A DNA stretch of 64,000 bases from Ascidiella aspersa (taxonomy: Eukaryota), in assembly GCA_963924565.1 (NCBI GenBank), contig OZ004609.1, positions 26,350,001 to 26,414,000 on the forward strand, in the 5' to 3' direction. Below are positions 23,101-38,834 of the stretch, piece by piece (within the stretch, counting starts at the first letter, position 1; each line of letters starts with the position of its first letter). The position numbers and the translations under genes are program-made. The notes beneath the pieces were generated by a model that did not search any database, was not told the DNA's origin, and saw only the letters and a program-made list of their open reading frames with translations.

Positions 23101-25829
23101 GTTTTCGAGACATTGGTAGGCCTATAAACCCCAACGTAGTATTTCCCAATCCTTGGTGACAAGTTGCTAATCTACATTAAAACTGTCCAAACCATTCGAT
23201 CGTCAGTCATGATTTTGGTAAAAACCAAGTCGGCTGTTCAGGTTTTCCTGCTGACTGTGGGCGACATGTTTCCGGCTTCCACGGGTCCCTACCTTGGCCT
23301 GTACTTCGTGCTCTGCATGGCGATGCTGGGACTCAACATGATCATGACCGTGCTGGTTCTGCATCTGCACCACATGCCATGCGCCTCCGTGATAAAGGGT
23401 CCAAATGACGATGTGAGTTTGTAGTTTAAAATTATTGCTGCCTTAACGGTTTCGTGCTAGACGCAAAATCTATAATCAGAATTTTGTAAAAGTTAAAACG
23501 TTTTTTCGTTTTGAGTCAAGTACATGGATCATTGGATTTTTGGTAAAATTTCTTTTTGTGTTTCTTGCAGGGCGTTTACAGCATAAACATGAAAGCCGTG
23601 CCTTACTGGATCAAGGGTGCCCTATTTTTTTCGGGTTTATACCCTGAGCTTACCAGCTTCAAATTAACAGTGGACGACATTAGGGGTCGAAAGAGCAAGA
23701 TAGCAAAGGTGAGAATAGGTATGGGTATACGGAGAATTATTATCGAAACCAAAAAAAGATGCAATAATTATTAAAAATAACATAAATCAGCATAAGCTGT
23801 TGTTTAGGTCTTGCTGATGTTTTAGTTTTTAAACGAAACCAAAATTTACCTAACATAAAACCTATTTTTTGCTGTTTATTGTATTATAATAGTGGTAAAA
23901 AGGATGCTTCCTTCAATCTTCTATAGCAATAAACCTGTCTTGTCGAATTTATTTATTCACAGAAACCTGTTTTTTTCTAACCCATTCAGACGAGCGTGTC
24001 AGCGAAAGTGAAGCCTATCTTTAATCTGGTGCGTTCCAAGACGCTAGGCTCAATCAAAGTAAGCGCAAAGGCAACCGAAAAGTCGAGCGATTTCGAGCGC
24101 GGCTTCAGTAACGAGTCGTTCGAGTTGCCCGGCAACCCGGTCAAGTTCTCCGACAAGTCGGGCCAAAGGCGCCGGGCGCCGTCCACGGTCCGTTTTCGCG
24201 CAAAGAGCAGCAGCGATTCGCTGACCGACGTCGATAACCCGGAAGACACGGGAAACAGGAGAAGCAAATCGCGATCACCCCTCAACGACAGCGGTTCGTG
24301 TGCTTAAGGCGTTTAAAAACACATTCAAATATTACTCTGTAGGCATTGGTGGGATTCAATTTTTTGTCAGCCGGTTCTATCACAAAGTCATATTTTTCAG
24401 CCGGTTCTCTTACAAAAAGTTATATTTTTCGGCAAATAATTAAAGTAGTTGCAATAACAGGATGTAAACCCCATGTTCCATCGTAAAGTTAGAACCGGCT
24501 CAATCCAATCACTGCTAACACCCACGCTTAAAAGCATAGTGGTCTTTTGATTTGTCCTTATGAAGCAACAATTAAATTTTCAGACAAACAATCACAAAAG
24601 GAAAATTACTACAAATATACAAATTTACACAATGTTACGTGCGAATTTGACCATTGCACATTGAAGAAAAGGGCGTGAGCTACTTGGATATCGGCGTATT
24701 AGATAAAATGCAAAAATCCATTGACAGTAACCAGTAATGCTAACCGGTTCGCTGATCTTATAAAAAAATGGTGAGCCGGTTCAATAGAACCGGTGTGAAC
24801 TGGCTGAATCCCACCACTGTCTGTAGACCGCGATTACGCGATTCTTTACACATTTTCGAACAGAAGAACAACTGAAGATTTTCAGGCGACGAGTATAGGG
24901 TTTGTGCTGTGGAAGGGTAGGGAAATAGGCAGCGCTCGGTTTATGACATGGGTGTTGGCAAAAAATGTTGCATGTTTCTACAATAAAGCGTTGTATATTG
25001 TGTATTAAATATGATCCAAGCATGGGAGTTGTTGCGAAGAAGTTAATCTGATGTCTTGGTCTGAAAATAAATGACAAGTATGCATAGCAGCTCACAGTCA
25101 ATTAAAAACGGTTTTAGACAATTATGTTCATGTCGCTGAAAATTTTTCCGAATTCGCAATATTTAGTGATCAAAATTGACTACTTCCAATCTGAATGGGA
25201 TCCATAGGTTTAAAATCTATATATAAATATTCTAAATGTCATGGTAGTTAATTTGTCAAATTTTAAGTGCGTCGATTATGGGTCTCGAAAACAGATTTCT
25301 TAAATACCAAATTCGTTTTCACAAATACGTAATTTTCTTGCAGGTAGTCACAAATTGCACAATAAAGTTCCTGCAAATTAAGCATAGATTTAGCCAATCT
25401 TACCAAGTCGTTACTAACCTACAACACTACCTTTCGTGGGGAGTAGTTCGTCATTCACTTAATTGAAATACTTGATAATACTTCTTTCAAGTAAACCTAA
25501 AATTTGTCTCTCTTGTATTTTCTACAGACATCGAAGCGCTGTTCGAGGGCTTGTCACAAAAAGACAAATTCAGTGACCGGGCACTCGCTGAAGCGTGTCG
25601 CGAGTTGATGTCAGTCGGGCGTGACGTGTCGAACGCCACCGATTACTTACGTTGCCAGTACGACGAGCTGAGAGACGACAAACGCTCAGAGGGCATGGAG
25701 GACAAGTGGAGAGACGTGGCGCGCAAGCTGGACGTGGTCTGCCTCTACCTCTATCTATTCATTCTGCTCATGTTCCACCTTTGCCTGGTGATCATCATAT
25801 TCGCCGCGCCGGGACTCACCGACCATTAA
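17182..25829 (+). CDS. Cys-loop (pentameric) ligand-gated cation channel subunit, 5-HT3/ZAC-like, non-alpha (13 exons)
   Basis: Exons 17182-17298, 18231-18363, 19035-19111, 19640-19754, 20541-20728, 21358-21510, 22177-22340, 22572-22626, 22780-22893, 23242-23412, 23571-23708, 23990-24293 and 25528-25829 join in frame. Signal peptide; GYDKSVRPV; WIPD; Cys loop CSVNIAMFPFDYQTC (C-x13-C); FVNTGEW; GFYLPPDSGERI; four TM helices. The IPYI, TFTPW, NxGEW and GFYLPPxSGER segments resemble 5-HT3A as recalled. Confidence 0.92.
17721..18017. mobile_element. hAT MITE, same family as 14821-15037 and 57882-59904
   Basis: cagtgcttcccaacc...cgcgaccca...aagcactg; TSD taataagg/ttataagg. Confidence 0.88.
19951..20195. 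mobile_element. hAT-like MITE
   Basis: TIRs tagggttcctct / agaggaacccta with a perfect 8-bp TSD gcgccaat. Confidence 0.92.
24344..24819. mobile_element. hAT MITE with AACCGG subrepeats
   Basis: TIRs cattggtgggattca / tgaatcccaccactg; TSD tctgtagg/tctgtaga. Confidence 0.88.
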
Positions 25830-26779
25830 CAACAGTTTTATATTTTGCGAGTTGTACTAGTGGTGAATGTGCGTCCGAAGCCGGCTGTATCAATATCTAG
25901 TGAACTGTGTACAAGATAATGATGCAAATTTTGGCCGGCTTAAAAAACAATCTTCAAGAGGGGCTTTAAACCCTGCTGTTTTGGTCATAAAATATCATTT
26001 TGTTTAACACACTAAGGCCGCATAAGCTAATGCGTTGCGCTTATCGGTTGGGGAAGAATGATAAAAATTTTACATAAAAAAATCTTAAAGTACGTATATT
26101 GTTAAAGGTTGCTAAAATGTATAGGAAGGGCGACGCGACCGAAATTTCGTTTACACGTTAACTTACTCGAATATAAGTTGCTAGTAACATAAGATTTACA
26201 ATTTTTGAACAATTCAATGCAGGCATAGGTACAGCCTGTCTATCGCTTTCAATAAGACGTAAATTTAATCCATATTTGTTTCAGATTAAAAACAAATCTA
26301 TATGAAATATGATTTTTAGAATATATATTGCCCGGTTTATAAATTGGCATAAAAACAAGATCGACCTGAAAGGTCATTAATTGTCTAACTCTAAATGAAA
26401 GATAAATTACCTCCTTTTGGAAAATTCACAATAGATAAAAAGTTTCTCTTATGTGATATTTGTATGGAGAAACATCCCTTTCTGTATTTCTTTTCTGACA
26501 ATGACGACTAAACTTTAAACGAAGACCTTTTGCGTATATTTTAAACATCACAAGAAGATTCCTATTTTATTTTTGTACGTTGCGCTCTGTACAGAATTTT
26601 GTTCAAGTGTAGGGTTAGTTCATTTACTTTTTCCGTGTTCTCAGTGTACATATTACTTGCATCATTGTGATACTGTTGTTTTTAGTACGGTAGCCTATTT
26701 TAACTATACTAGGTACGGGATTATGCTATACGAAAATATTTTCTGATGTTTTCCTCTTTCAAAATGTTTTTTTCTAACC

Positions 26780-27351
26780 CAGTGGTTCTCTTAACCTATG
26801 GGTAATTACCTACATGTGGGTAATTTCAGGATAGCAGGTGGGTCAGCTGAACCAAAATATTTAAAGTTATGGTTGTAACAAACAATGTCACACCTGTAAG
26901 TGGTAATTAAGTTGCTTTATTACTTACAATTACACCTTTTTTGATGTTCTGAGTCCTTTTAAGTTAAGACAATCAAACAAAGCACAAAGATTTTGTCATT
27001 TTTACAATTGTTTTGTCATAGTGATCATTTTTGTGATCGGATTTACGCATTTATTTTTATGTGACGTAATAGTAAGATTTTTCTTGTATCCGCCAACGAC
27101 TAGCATACCTATTTTTTCATAATCAGTTTGCTGTTAGTGCTTATTTTTTAAGGAGTTGTTTAGACTAGTATAAAGTAGCTATAAGTGTCCATTGGAAGTT
27201 GTTGAGACGAGCGAGCTATAATTTGTTGAATAACGCTGTTTTATATTTTTAGTATGGTAAAATAGTAAAATGGATAAAATTAGATTTTGGGTAATGTGAC
27301 TTTGATCTGGACAGAAATGGGTAATAAGGGAAAAAAGGTTAAGAACCCCTG
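26780..27351. mobile_element. hAT MITE
   Basis: TIRs cagtggttct(c)ttaacc / ggttaagaacccctg with a perfect TSD ttctaacc. Confidence 0.9.
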
Positions 27352-28625
27352 TTCTAACCACATAGGCTACGAACAGAAAACACGTTTTTACTGCCATGAC
27401 GCACAATGTAACTATAAATATTGTGGGTGTGCCATTCGTGATCATCAAAAATATAAACAGGAAGCAACTCAATAGCTATGTTTATTGAAACAGGGGTGAA
27501 TGGGTGATGTAAAGGAATAGACTGGATTTATTTTTTTCTTGTTAACTCTGTAAAAATATAAATTTACATATTTTTCAATGACAGGTCACACACTAATTTA
27601 ACGTTGGGTTACTGTGTGCTCTTTCTTATATGTTTAACTCTGTGCGCCCAGGTAAAATTAAAGTTCCCTTTTCATATCGCGTTCACCACCGTCCTGGTAA
27701 ACTAAACACTGCTCCTGATGCCCTTTCAAGAATTTCTTCTCTATGTTTCATGGGAAATGCTGGACTAGTCCAAATCCATAGGCAATTGGGGCACCCTGGG
27801 GTAACACGCCTACTTCATTTTAGAAAAGCGCTCAACTTAGCTTACTCTATTAATGAGGTTCGGCAAACATGTGCAGAATGTAAAGTTTGTGCCGAAGTAA
27901 AACCTCGTTTTCACCGCAAGTCTAATAAGTCTTTAATCAAAGCTTCTGCTCCATGGGAAAGAATTAGCATTGGTTTTAAAGGAGCTGTCAGGGGTAGAAG
28001 ACATTACATTCTCTTTGTGGTAGATGAGTTTTCCCGTTTTCCTTTTGCAATTCCCTGTTCTGACATGACTACCAAAACCGTCATAGCTTCGCTAACTTCG
28101 CTTTTTGCTCTTTTTGGTCTACCCTCAATTTCGTCCACAGTGACCGGGGCACAGCCTTTGCTTCTGGTGAATTTAAAAAGTTTTTGACCGATAGAGGAGT
28201 GGTACCAAGTCGGACTACTCCCTATCATCCTACTGGTAATAGCCAATGTGAAAGAGTGAACCAAACCATATGGCGAACGGTTAAACTCCTTTTAAAGGAC
28301 AGGGGTCTGGGCGAAGACAGATGGGAAGAAATCTTAGTGGAGGCCCTTCATTCCGTAAGATCTCTGCTTTGCACCTCAACAAACCAAACCCCTCATGAGC
28401 GTTTCTTAAACTTCGGACGAAGAACTATGCTGGGGAGATCATTACCATCATGGCTGCTCCAGCCTGGAAAAGTTTTGATGAGACGTTTTGTGCGAAATAA
28501 AGGAGATCCCTTAGTTGATGAGGTAGACTTGCTGGAAGCCAATCTAAGTTTTGCACATATTCGGCTTCCAGGGGGGCGTGAATCGACAGTGTCTGTGCAG
28601 GATTTAGCTTCTTGCCCTGAAGACT

Positions 28626-29427
28626 GTAGTAGCCACTTCGTCATATTGTGTTTACACAGAGAATTTTTGTTTTTAATCGATGTGTCGTAACGGAAAATTT
28701 TCAGTAAAAATCTATGGCCTAAATTCTTTGCAACCACATTGTAATGTTTGCGTTACTCATTGCAGCCAATGTGCAAACGATAAGCGGAAAGTTTTCGGTA
28801 AAATTCCGTTACGTAGATTTCTTGCAACCACATTGTAATGTTTGCGATATCTTTGCAGCGAATTTGCAAAAATTCAAATTGCTGACACCAATTTTTATGC
28901 GTCAAGGCATTTATATCCGTTTAATGTGAGCGCTTTGTTTTGAAATTCGCCTTATTGTCAACAATGCGGTATTTTTTAGAATCGAACGCCAGTTACGTCG
29001 CAATGTAGATCGAAGCGCTTTTGTTCAAGCCATATTGGGACAAAAATATTATTTCCGTCTATAAGAGTCGAGAGAAAAAGGTTTAGACCACGCCTTGTTG
29101 TCACGTGATTTATTATTGAAAATCGTAAGAATATCTACGTCAATATTTCCTGTGCATTACGTCAATATTTCCTGTGCTTTAGAAATATTTTCGCCAATAA
29201 GTATAGTCGCACAATCGATTAAAAACCAGTATCAACCAGTATCAACCAGTATCACCCAGTACTGCCTAGTGCAGAGAGAGAGGCTTTTACAGCTTTTACT
29301 AAGACAGCAAAGTTGACTGTTCATGTATCTGAACTAAAGGAAAGAATTGGACCTGAATGGCCTCACGAAGACAGGCCATCTCAAATCTTGTAGGAGTGTG
29401 GTCGATTCATCTTGGCAATTATATAAA
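28626..29427. mobile_element. Unclassified 802-bp insertion interrupting the Gypsy integrase
   Basis: Flanked by the direct repeat TGAAGACT (28618-28625, 29428-29435); excision restores the reading frame ...SCPED/SLIRS... Confidence 0.8.
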
Positions 29428-29836
29428 TGAAGACTCATTAATCAGATCCATACCCCCACAAGACCATGAAGTCCCTCCACTGCCAGATGCAAAATCCTTT
29501 GGCAAGTCTCTTGAAAATGGAGTCCCAATTTCTACCAATTCGCCTCCCCATACGACTAGGCCATCTACGGTTACTACACCAGAATCTGTATTGGACAGAT
29601 CATCGGTAGAAGATTTGGCTCATGGTACAGATGAGTTACCTCCTACTTCACCATCTCCTCATGCGTTTCCACCTGCTTCGCCTACTGGTTTGCAAGTGAG
29701 GCGTTCATCCAGAATTCATAAACCCCCTTCACGGTTTGGGGATTGGACTCATTAAAAATGAACCCTTAAAATTGTTTAATGAAACGATGCTTTTTGTTGG
29801 GTGTACAGTGTACTTTCATTATTTAGAGGGGAAAAA

Positions 29837-29969
29837 TGTGGTAAATTTGTGCCATGTACCTTATTCTATGTTATTTATTAGGCTATGTTTATTTGTGACA
29901 TGTTGTGTTGCAGGTAATGTTTAGTTAAAATTCAGTTAATAAAAACCTAGCAATCCCTAGGTCACCACA
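29837..29969 (+). repeat. Short (133-bp) 3' LTR
   Basis: Starts TGTGGT immediately after the PPT, ends ACCACA, and contains AATAAA. Confidence 0.85.
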
Positions 29970-30909
29970 TCTCCCAAAGCCTATTCATTGTTACGTAACT
30001 ATCCCTGTTGTTTCGTATCATTACGATCTTCAAAACACAGGTCAAGTCAATTGTCAACAAGAAGCACAGTTTTGAAAAGCGGTACAACGCTGTGGGACAG
30101 TGCCAGTGGCCGTTAGTTATGTCAAACTATTGCTCTTGATAGATATCAACTACTACAAAATGCTAGTTGTACGATAAAAATATTCTTGGATCAAATTAGT
30201 TGTTCTGCGAGAAGTGGTACGCGTGACAGTACAGAGCGTCCAAGTCGTACGAGATCGTAAAAAGGTTGGGAATCTCTGCTTTAAAGCATGTCCGAAAATC
30301 CAGTGTTAAAATCCTATGAGAAAATTGGTTGCATTAACCGACTTTACGCTAACGGAGTGAAATTTGGTCACGGCAGTTAGCGTTGGTAATGTCAGGAATG
30401 TTCTTTCCTTAATCTATAAAAACTATTGTTTTTAAAAACATTGTTTAATACATAAATAATATTTTAATACAAATAAAAGTTTTGCAAATACAAGTGGGGA
30501 TTTTTGGGGACTTTCCCTTTAAAATTTTTGTTTTGAAGTTTTTGTTTTGAAACCTTACAATCTCGTTTACGAATACTTTGTGCAAATGAAAAAGCATTTG
30601 TAAAAAAGAGTGCTATTAAGTTACTTGTATAATTTAATTTAATTTATCCATTAAGCACTATGTTACTCTTTAAATCTATTTGTTTTCTCTCGTCGGCCCA
30701 CATATTAAGTAGTAACCAAGACAAGTCACCAGCATGCTGCCATACGGGTACTTGGGTTTATTTTTTGGCGGGGGTAGGACACTGGTTGTTTGTAACCGAC
30801 TCCACAGCTCTGCTTAAACCACTCAAAAGAAGTTGAAGCTAGATAAACTTACAAATTCAATTTTTAACACATCCTAAACTTTTTTTTTCACCAGCATAGT
30901 GTTTGTTTT

Positions 30910-31163
30910 GGCGCTCTTTCACTATTGTACGTGAAAAGTTATGCAAAAAATAATAATACCGCATACCACAACGCATATTGTTTGGGTTAGGGTGCGGGTG
31001 AGGGTGGGTCCAGTAATATTATGTTTATTATTAATAATAACTTGACTCACCCTCACCCAAACGCTAACCCGCACCCTAACCCAAACAATATGTGTTGTGG
31101 TATGCGGCATTTGAAGAAAAAAAAAAATTTATTAATTTTTACGTACAATAGTGAAAGAGCGCC
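30910..31163. mobile_element. Foldback/palindromic MITE with telomere-like GGTTAGGG/CCCTAACC motifs
   Basis: ggcgctctttcactattgtacgt ... acgtacaatagtgaaagagcgcc plus a second inverted block ccgcataccacaac..tttgggttagggtgcggg / cccgcaccctaacccaaa..gttgtggtatgcgg; flanks tttgtttt/tttatttt. Confidence 0.88.
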
Positions 31164-31277
31164 TTTATTTTTCTATGTCATATTTTCTTATGCTTCTCCA
31201 AACGTTTAGCTGGTACACGTGCAAAACATTTAGATAAAAAGATCAAAGCATTAAGTTTGTTTTCTAGATAGAAAAAA

Positions 31278-34712
<3,435 letters not shown>

Positions 34713-37700
34713 CTTCCAAGTTTACATTAGTCGAACTGTAATTTAATATTCAGAATTACTTCAGGGATTTGCAAAAATGCGCGTTTTATTTGAGTCTCAT
34801 GCATTTTATTTGAGTACTTCATTTATGTTTGCATTTGTTAATGATAATTTGTCAGAGTTAAAATTATTGCTTGAATAGAGTGTTGTATGTATAGATGCAA
34901 GTTATGGTGTATATATTATTGAATGAAATTAATCTATTGTGCATACTTTTCATTGTTTTTTTTTCACACAAATCGTAATTATGTAAATTGAAAAAATTCA
35001 AGATTATTCTACTGGGGCGAAATATATATTTTAAAATTGCCATTATGTGATAAAACATTCCATTTAAACAAAAATCCTAACTATTCGCCTAATTTTTTTT
35101 ATTTTTAATTAGAAAATTGTCTTTGGTAATTATTATTCAGTAGGAATCGAAGGAATGATGTGGTAAGAGTACACAAAATTATTAAATATAAAGTACACAA
35201 TACACACTGCACCACAACACATCGTGCCCAATTTTCGACAAGGGGTATTGCACATCTCTACTGATATATATTACTTCGTGTCTTGCTATTTGCTTCTTCG
35301 GTGAATTTCTGACAACTTGAGTGAAGTAGTAAATACTTTGTGTATTTTCAATAACGTTTTGTTCCTTCCAAGTTCAATATATGATTAAAACGCCAGCAAC
35401 TTCCGAGGACTCCTGTTTTACTATCAACACTTCATGTACTTCATGCAAGCCTGCAGTAAAGTGCAATAGAATGTTTTTTTTAGTCATTGAGTCAAATACA
35501 CCACTTAATGCGATACGATCGAGGGAAATGTTGTAATCAATGCCCTATCTCGTTCGAGTATATACTTCTTGCATTGAATTTACGAATTTTTTTAGATTAC
35601 CCAGATTCGCGACTGTACGGCAAGAAACGTGTAATGAGACTCTTTATTTGATCCTTTAATATTTTTGTCACGAGATGACGCTGTTGCGCACTTTGTTAAT
35701 AATGTTAAACACGCAATGAATTAAAATCGATAAAACATGTAGGGATTTTTCATACACCCAGAAGAACAAAATGTTTTGAAGCTAAAGAACATTAAAAAGA
35801 GCCTCTACGCGACTACGCTAAATATGCACTGCTACCAAAAACAATTTAACGTGAAATTTAGTTTTACAAAATGTTACAAAAAAAATGACTTTCGTAATGG
35901 CTTTGAGTTCTGAGAAACAACCTCCCGATTAAGGACTGAGGATCAGAAATTTAATCATAGAGCAGATGAAATCGTTTTATGGGAGTTCAACGCGCGAGTG
36001 TCAAAGTCAACTTTCTCAGAGAAGTTTTCATTTGGCCTTCACAGAACCGGTCAATTAAATCATAGTCGGAATTCACTCGCCTCAGAATGTTTTTACTGCC
36101 TGAATGGATTTGTATACCGCGGCTGCCTTTGGCTTACACTCAAACGCGTTGGTTCGGGACCTGAGCGTCGTCGGGACTGAGAGGTAATAATTAAAGCCGG
36201 GACTCTGTTATTAGAGGCCCTTCTTTCGCCCTGTCTGAAACGTAATTAAACGCCGCTATTACCGATCCTACACCCCGCAAGAAGTCAGCCGTCGCAAAAT
36301 ATAGACGCCTCTTTCGCTGCCGACGTCAGGTGGACAAGAGTGCGAGACGCATTTTTTTTGTTTTTGTGTAGGTGTACAATCGGCCCGATTATCCGAAAAG
36401 CCCACTAACCCTTCAATCTCGCCGCGTGGAGTCTTTGCCGTAGCGATTTATTACCTGCCCACCATGCTTTGGCATCTGCGAGCAATTACCAGGCTTGAAA
36501 TAGTGTTAATTTGGACTGGAGCTCGCCCACCAGCTGTACGCGTTAAGGAGAAACTGGCGCGTACAAAATTGCCCATTTTACCAGAACACGATCAAAAATA
36601 ACAAATGCACCGAAGCGCTTGTACCAGACTGAAGTGTGTGTCGTTGCTTGGTCGCACAGCAGAAAATATATGCGTGGGAAATGCGAAAACGAAGATACGC
36701 GCTCGTTTCCACTTTGATGAAGCACAGCAGCAGCGGCAATACGCGTCGTCACATGATTGTAAGTTTAACGGTGAGAAACGAAGGAAAAGGTCGCTTGTGC
36801 AAATCGGTTCGACGGCCGAGGAATGGCGAGCGATAATAAAAAAGCTAATACTTGAGTTAAGGGTCGGCCGAGCAACTGGATGGGATTAGAACGTGTCACA
36901 ACAACCTGAAGCCGCGGTCGAGCGTTTTCATGCGCGCGCTAATATGTCGGGGCCGTCGTTAAGCAAACAGGGCGACGCAGCGTCGGTCGGCCCGGCCACA
37001 TGAAAGAACGCCATAGAACAACAACAGTTGTGACTGGCGGGTGGCAAAATCGGTGCATCCTTTGGCTGGATCTTCCGATGCGAAGCGGACGTCGTTATGC
37101 GCCACGCGTTTAAAGGTGGAACGCGCCTGTTCGTCGTTATAAAGCAAAACCGCAACGACCTAGACCTAGTGGTACAACAAGTTGTAAGGTGTCAGGAGTG
37201 AGTCCAGTTCCACGTTTTTGTGGAAGATTTGCGCAGTTTAGTTGGTAATTTCGCTTAAATCACGAAGGGCTCAATCTGCCATTTAAAACCGGACGAAAAT
37301 GTCAGTTCAACTCAGTGAAAAGCAAAAAAAAGTGGTATGGCGACGACTTTGTTTGATAAGTGTCGCTGAACAACCGCCAGGAACGTGCTCGCTTAAAAAG
37401 CAATTCGTCACACGTAGAGAAAGAACCGCCCATTCCTAAACCACCGGCCGCCCGTCGAGATGGTCATTGAAGGGCGAGCCCGGTTATATATACATAACAA
37501 TGAATTTCGGGCGCTTTTGCGGTTCTGATCAAAGTGCATCTGCGCAATTGGGTTAGATCGACAAAAAGGATGAAGGGCGCTCGTGTGTATCCAGCTGGTT
37601 AGGTACAAGACTGGCCACTAAAGCGGATGCGGATAATGCTACATGGATAAGTTCTTGTTTAATTACTATCCGGATTTGAGGCCGTCGCAGCAAATATACG

Positions 37701-38834
37701 CCGCCGATAAGCGGTCGCAAAGCAAGGCCAACTGCACACTTCTAACCGCGACCCCTTGTACCTGACCTTTCCTCCGCTTCTTCTGACGGCGCTTGTTTTG
37801 CTGATTAGTGAGTGAGTGAGTGCGCCATTATAGGTTGCCCTTGGGCCGCGGAATAGGATTGTAGTCGCGACGCCGGGTTGTCCGGTCATTCCTTTTGTAT
37901 TAACTTCTGTTAATGAAAAACGCTTCTGCAAGAAATGTTTAGTTCCAATTCAGAAAGTTGGCACAGCCAACTTACGGTTTGTAAGACTACTGATTAAGTT
38001 TATGCAGGATTCCTAGTTTGAATGATAATTATAGTCTGAACTTCGACATTACAGCAGTTATATGATAAAGTTAGCGCTTTTGTATTGCCTTTTTTTTATG
38101 TTCTCTTAGTGGCATTCGTCTGTTCAGTTGGTAGTATAGTGAGCTCGAACGTGTGAGTTTGCGAGTTTAGGTAGTTTGGTCAAACGCACAAACAGACAAT
38201 TCATAGCAGTAATGGTAATAATTTTTGTTGTCGCTCCTTCCTAGATCACAAAAGTGTGCGCAGCAGTAATTAGTCGATAAACTGGATATCATGTTAGTTT
38301 AGTAAGATTTTGTGTTTTTAAAAAACAACGGTAAAACAAATAATGAGGCAATTGCCAAAACAGCAGAATTGTGTGAGGCTTGTAAATGAACCAATGGCGT
38401 TCAGTGTTGATGCGTCTTGTGGTTGTTGCGATTATTCATGTGCGTTGCGATGATAGACGAACACACAACGGGTATTGTATTTTTCTAACTTGAGCGTGAC
38501 GTTTGCTGTTGACAGAAGGTTTCGTAAGGTTTGGTATTTACGAGTGAACTTTTGAAATACGTTAGTACACAAACGCTAGTTTACTTCGAGTCACACAGCG
38601 CAGCTATAGCCACATTTACTTTATACCTCCCTAAAGTGCAGTTTTATGAGTAATTATTATTTATTAACTGTTGTTTATAGTTTGAGATTTCATATCACCT
38701 GATTAACGTATGGTTTGAAGCCTGCTTTGTTTTGCATCGCTCGGTTTTGCGTCTCATTTAAAACTTGCCCTGCTTTCATGTAACAGGCTCGGATAAACCC
38801 ACATAGATGATAGGTAGGTTAGCTTGTAGAAATT

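Larger units (their letters stand above)
27660..29969 (+). mobile_element. 5'-truncated Ty3/Gypsy LTR retrotransposon remnant: end of RNase H, integrase, PPT and 3' LTR
   Basis: HRPGKLNTAPDALSR; zinc finger H..GHPG..C..C; catalytic core with the first Asp changed to Gly (ISIGFKG); frameshift near 28125 (the VHSDRG frame switches); PYHPTGNSQCER; C-terminal RRSSRIHKPPSRFGD*; PPT agaggggaaaaa at 29825-29836. Confidence 0.9.

Noticed and set aside
17182-25829. Calling the receptor a nicotinic alpha subunit or HTR3A ortholog
   Set aside because: No vicinal cysteines and a remodelled binding site; orthology cannot be set without a tree.
29357-29755. Stand-alone 132-aa Pro/Ser-rich gene
   Set aside because: It is the displaced C-terminus of the Gypsy integrase; its ATG lies inside the insertion.
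30972-31083. Interstitial telomere
   Set aside because: Only single TTAGGG-like words inside a foldback element; no tandem array.
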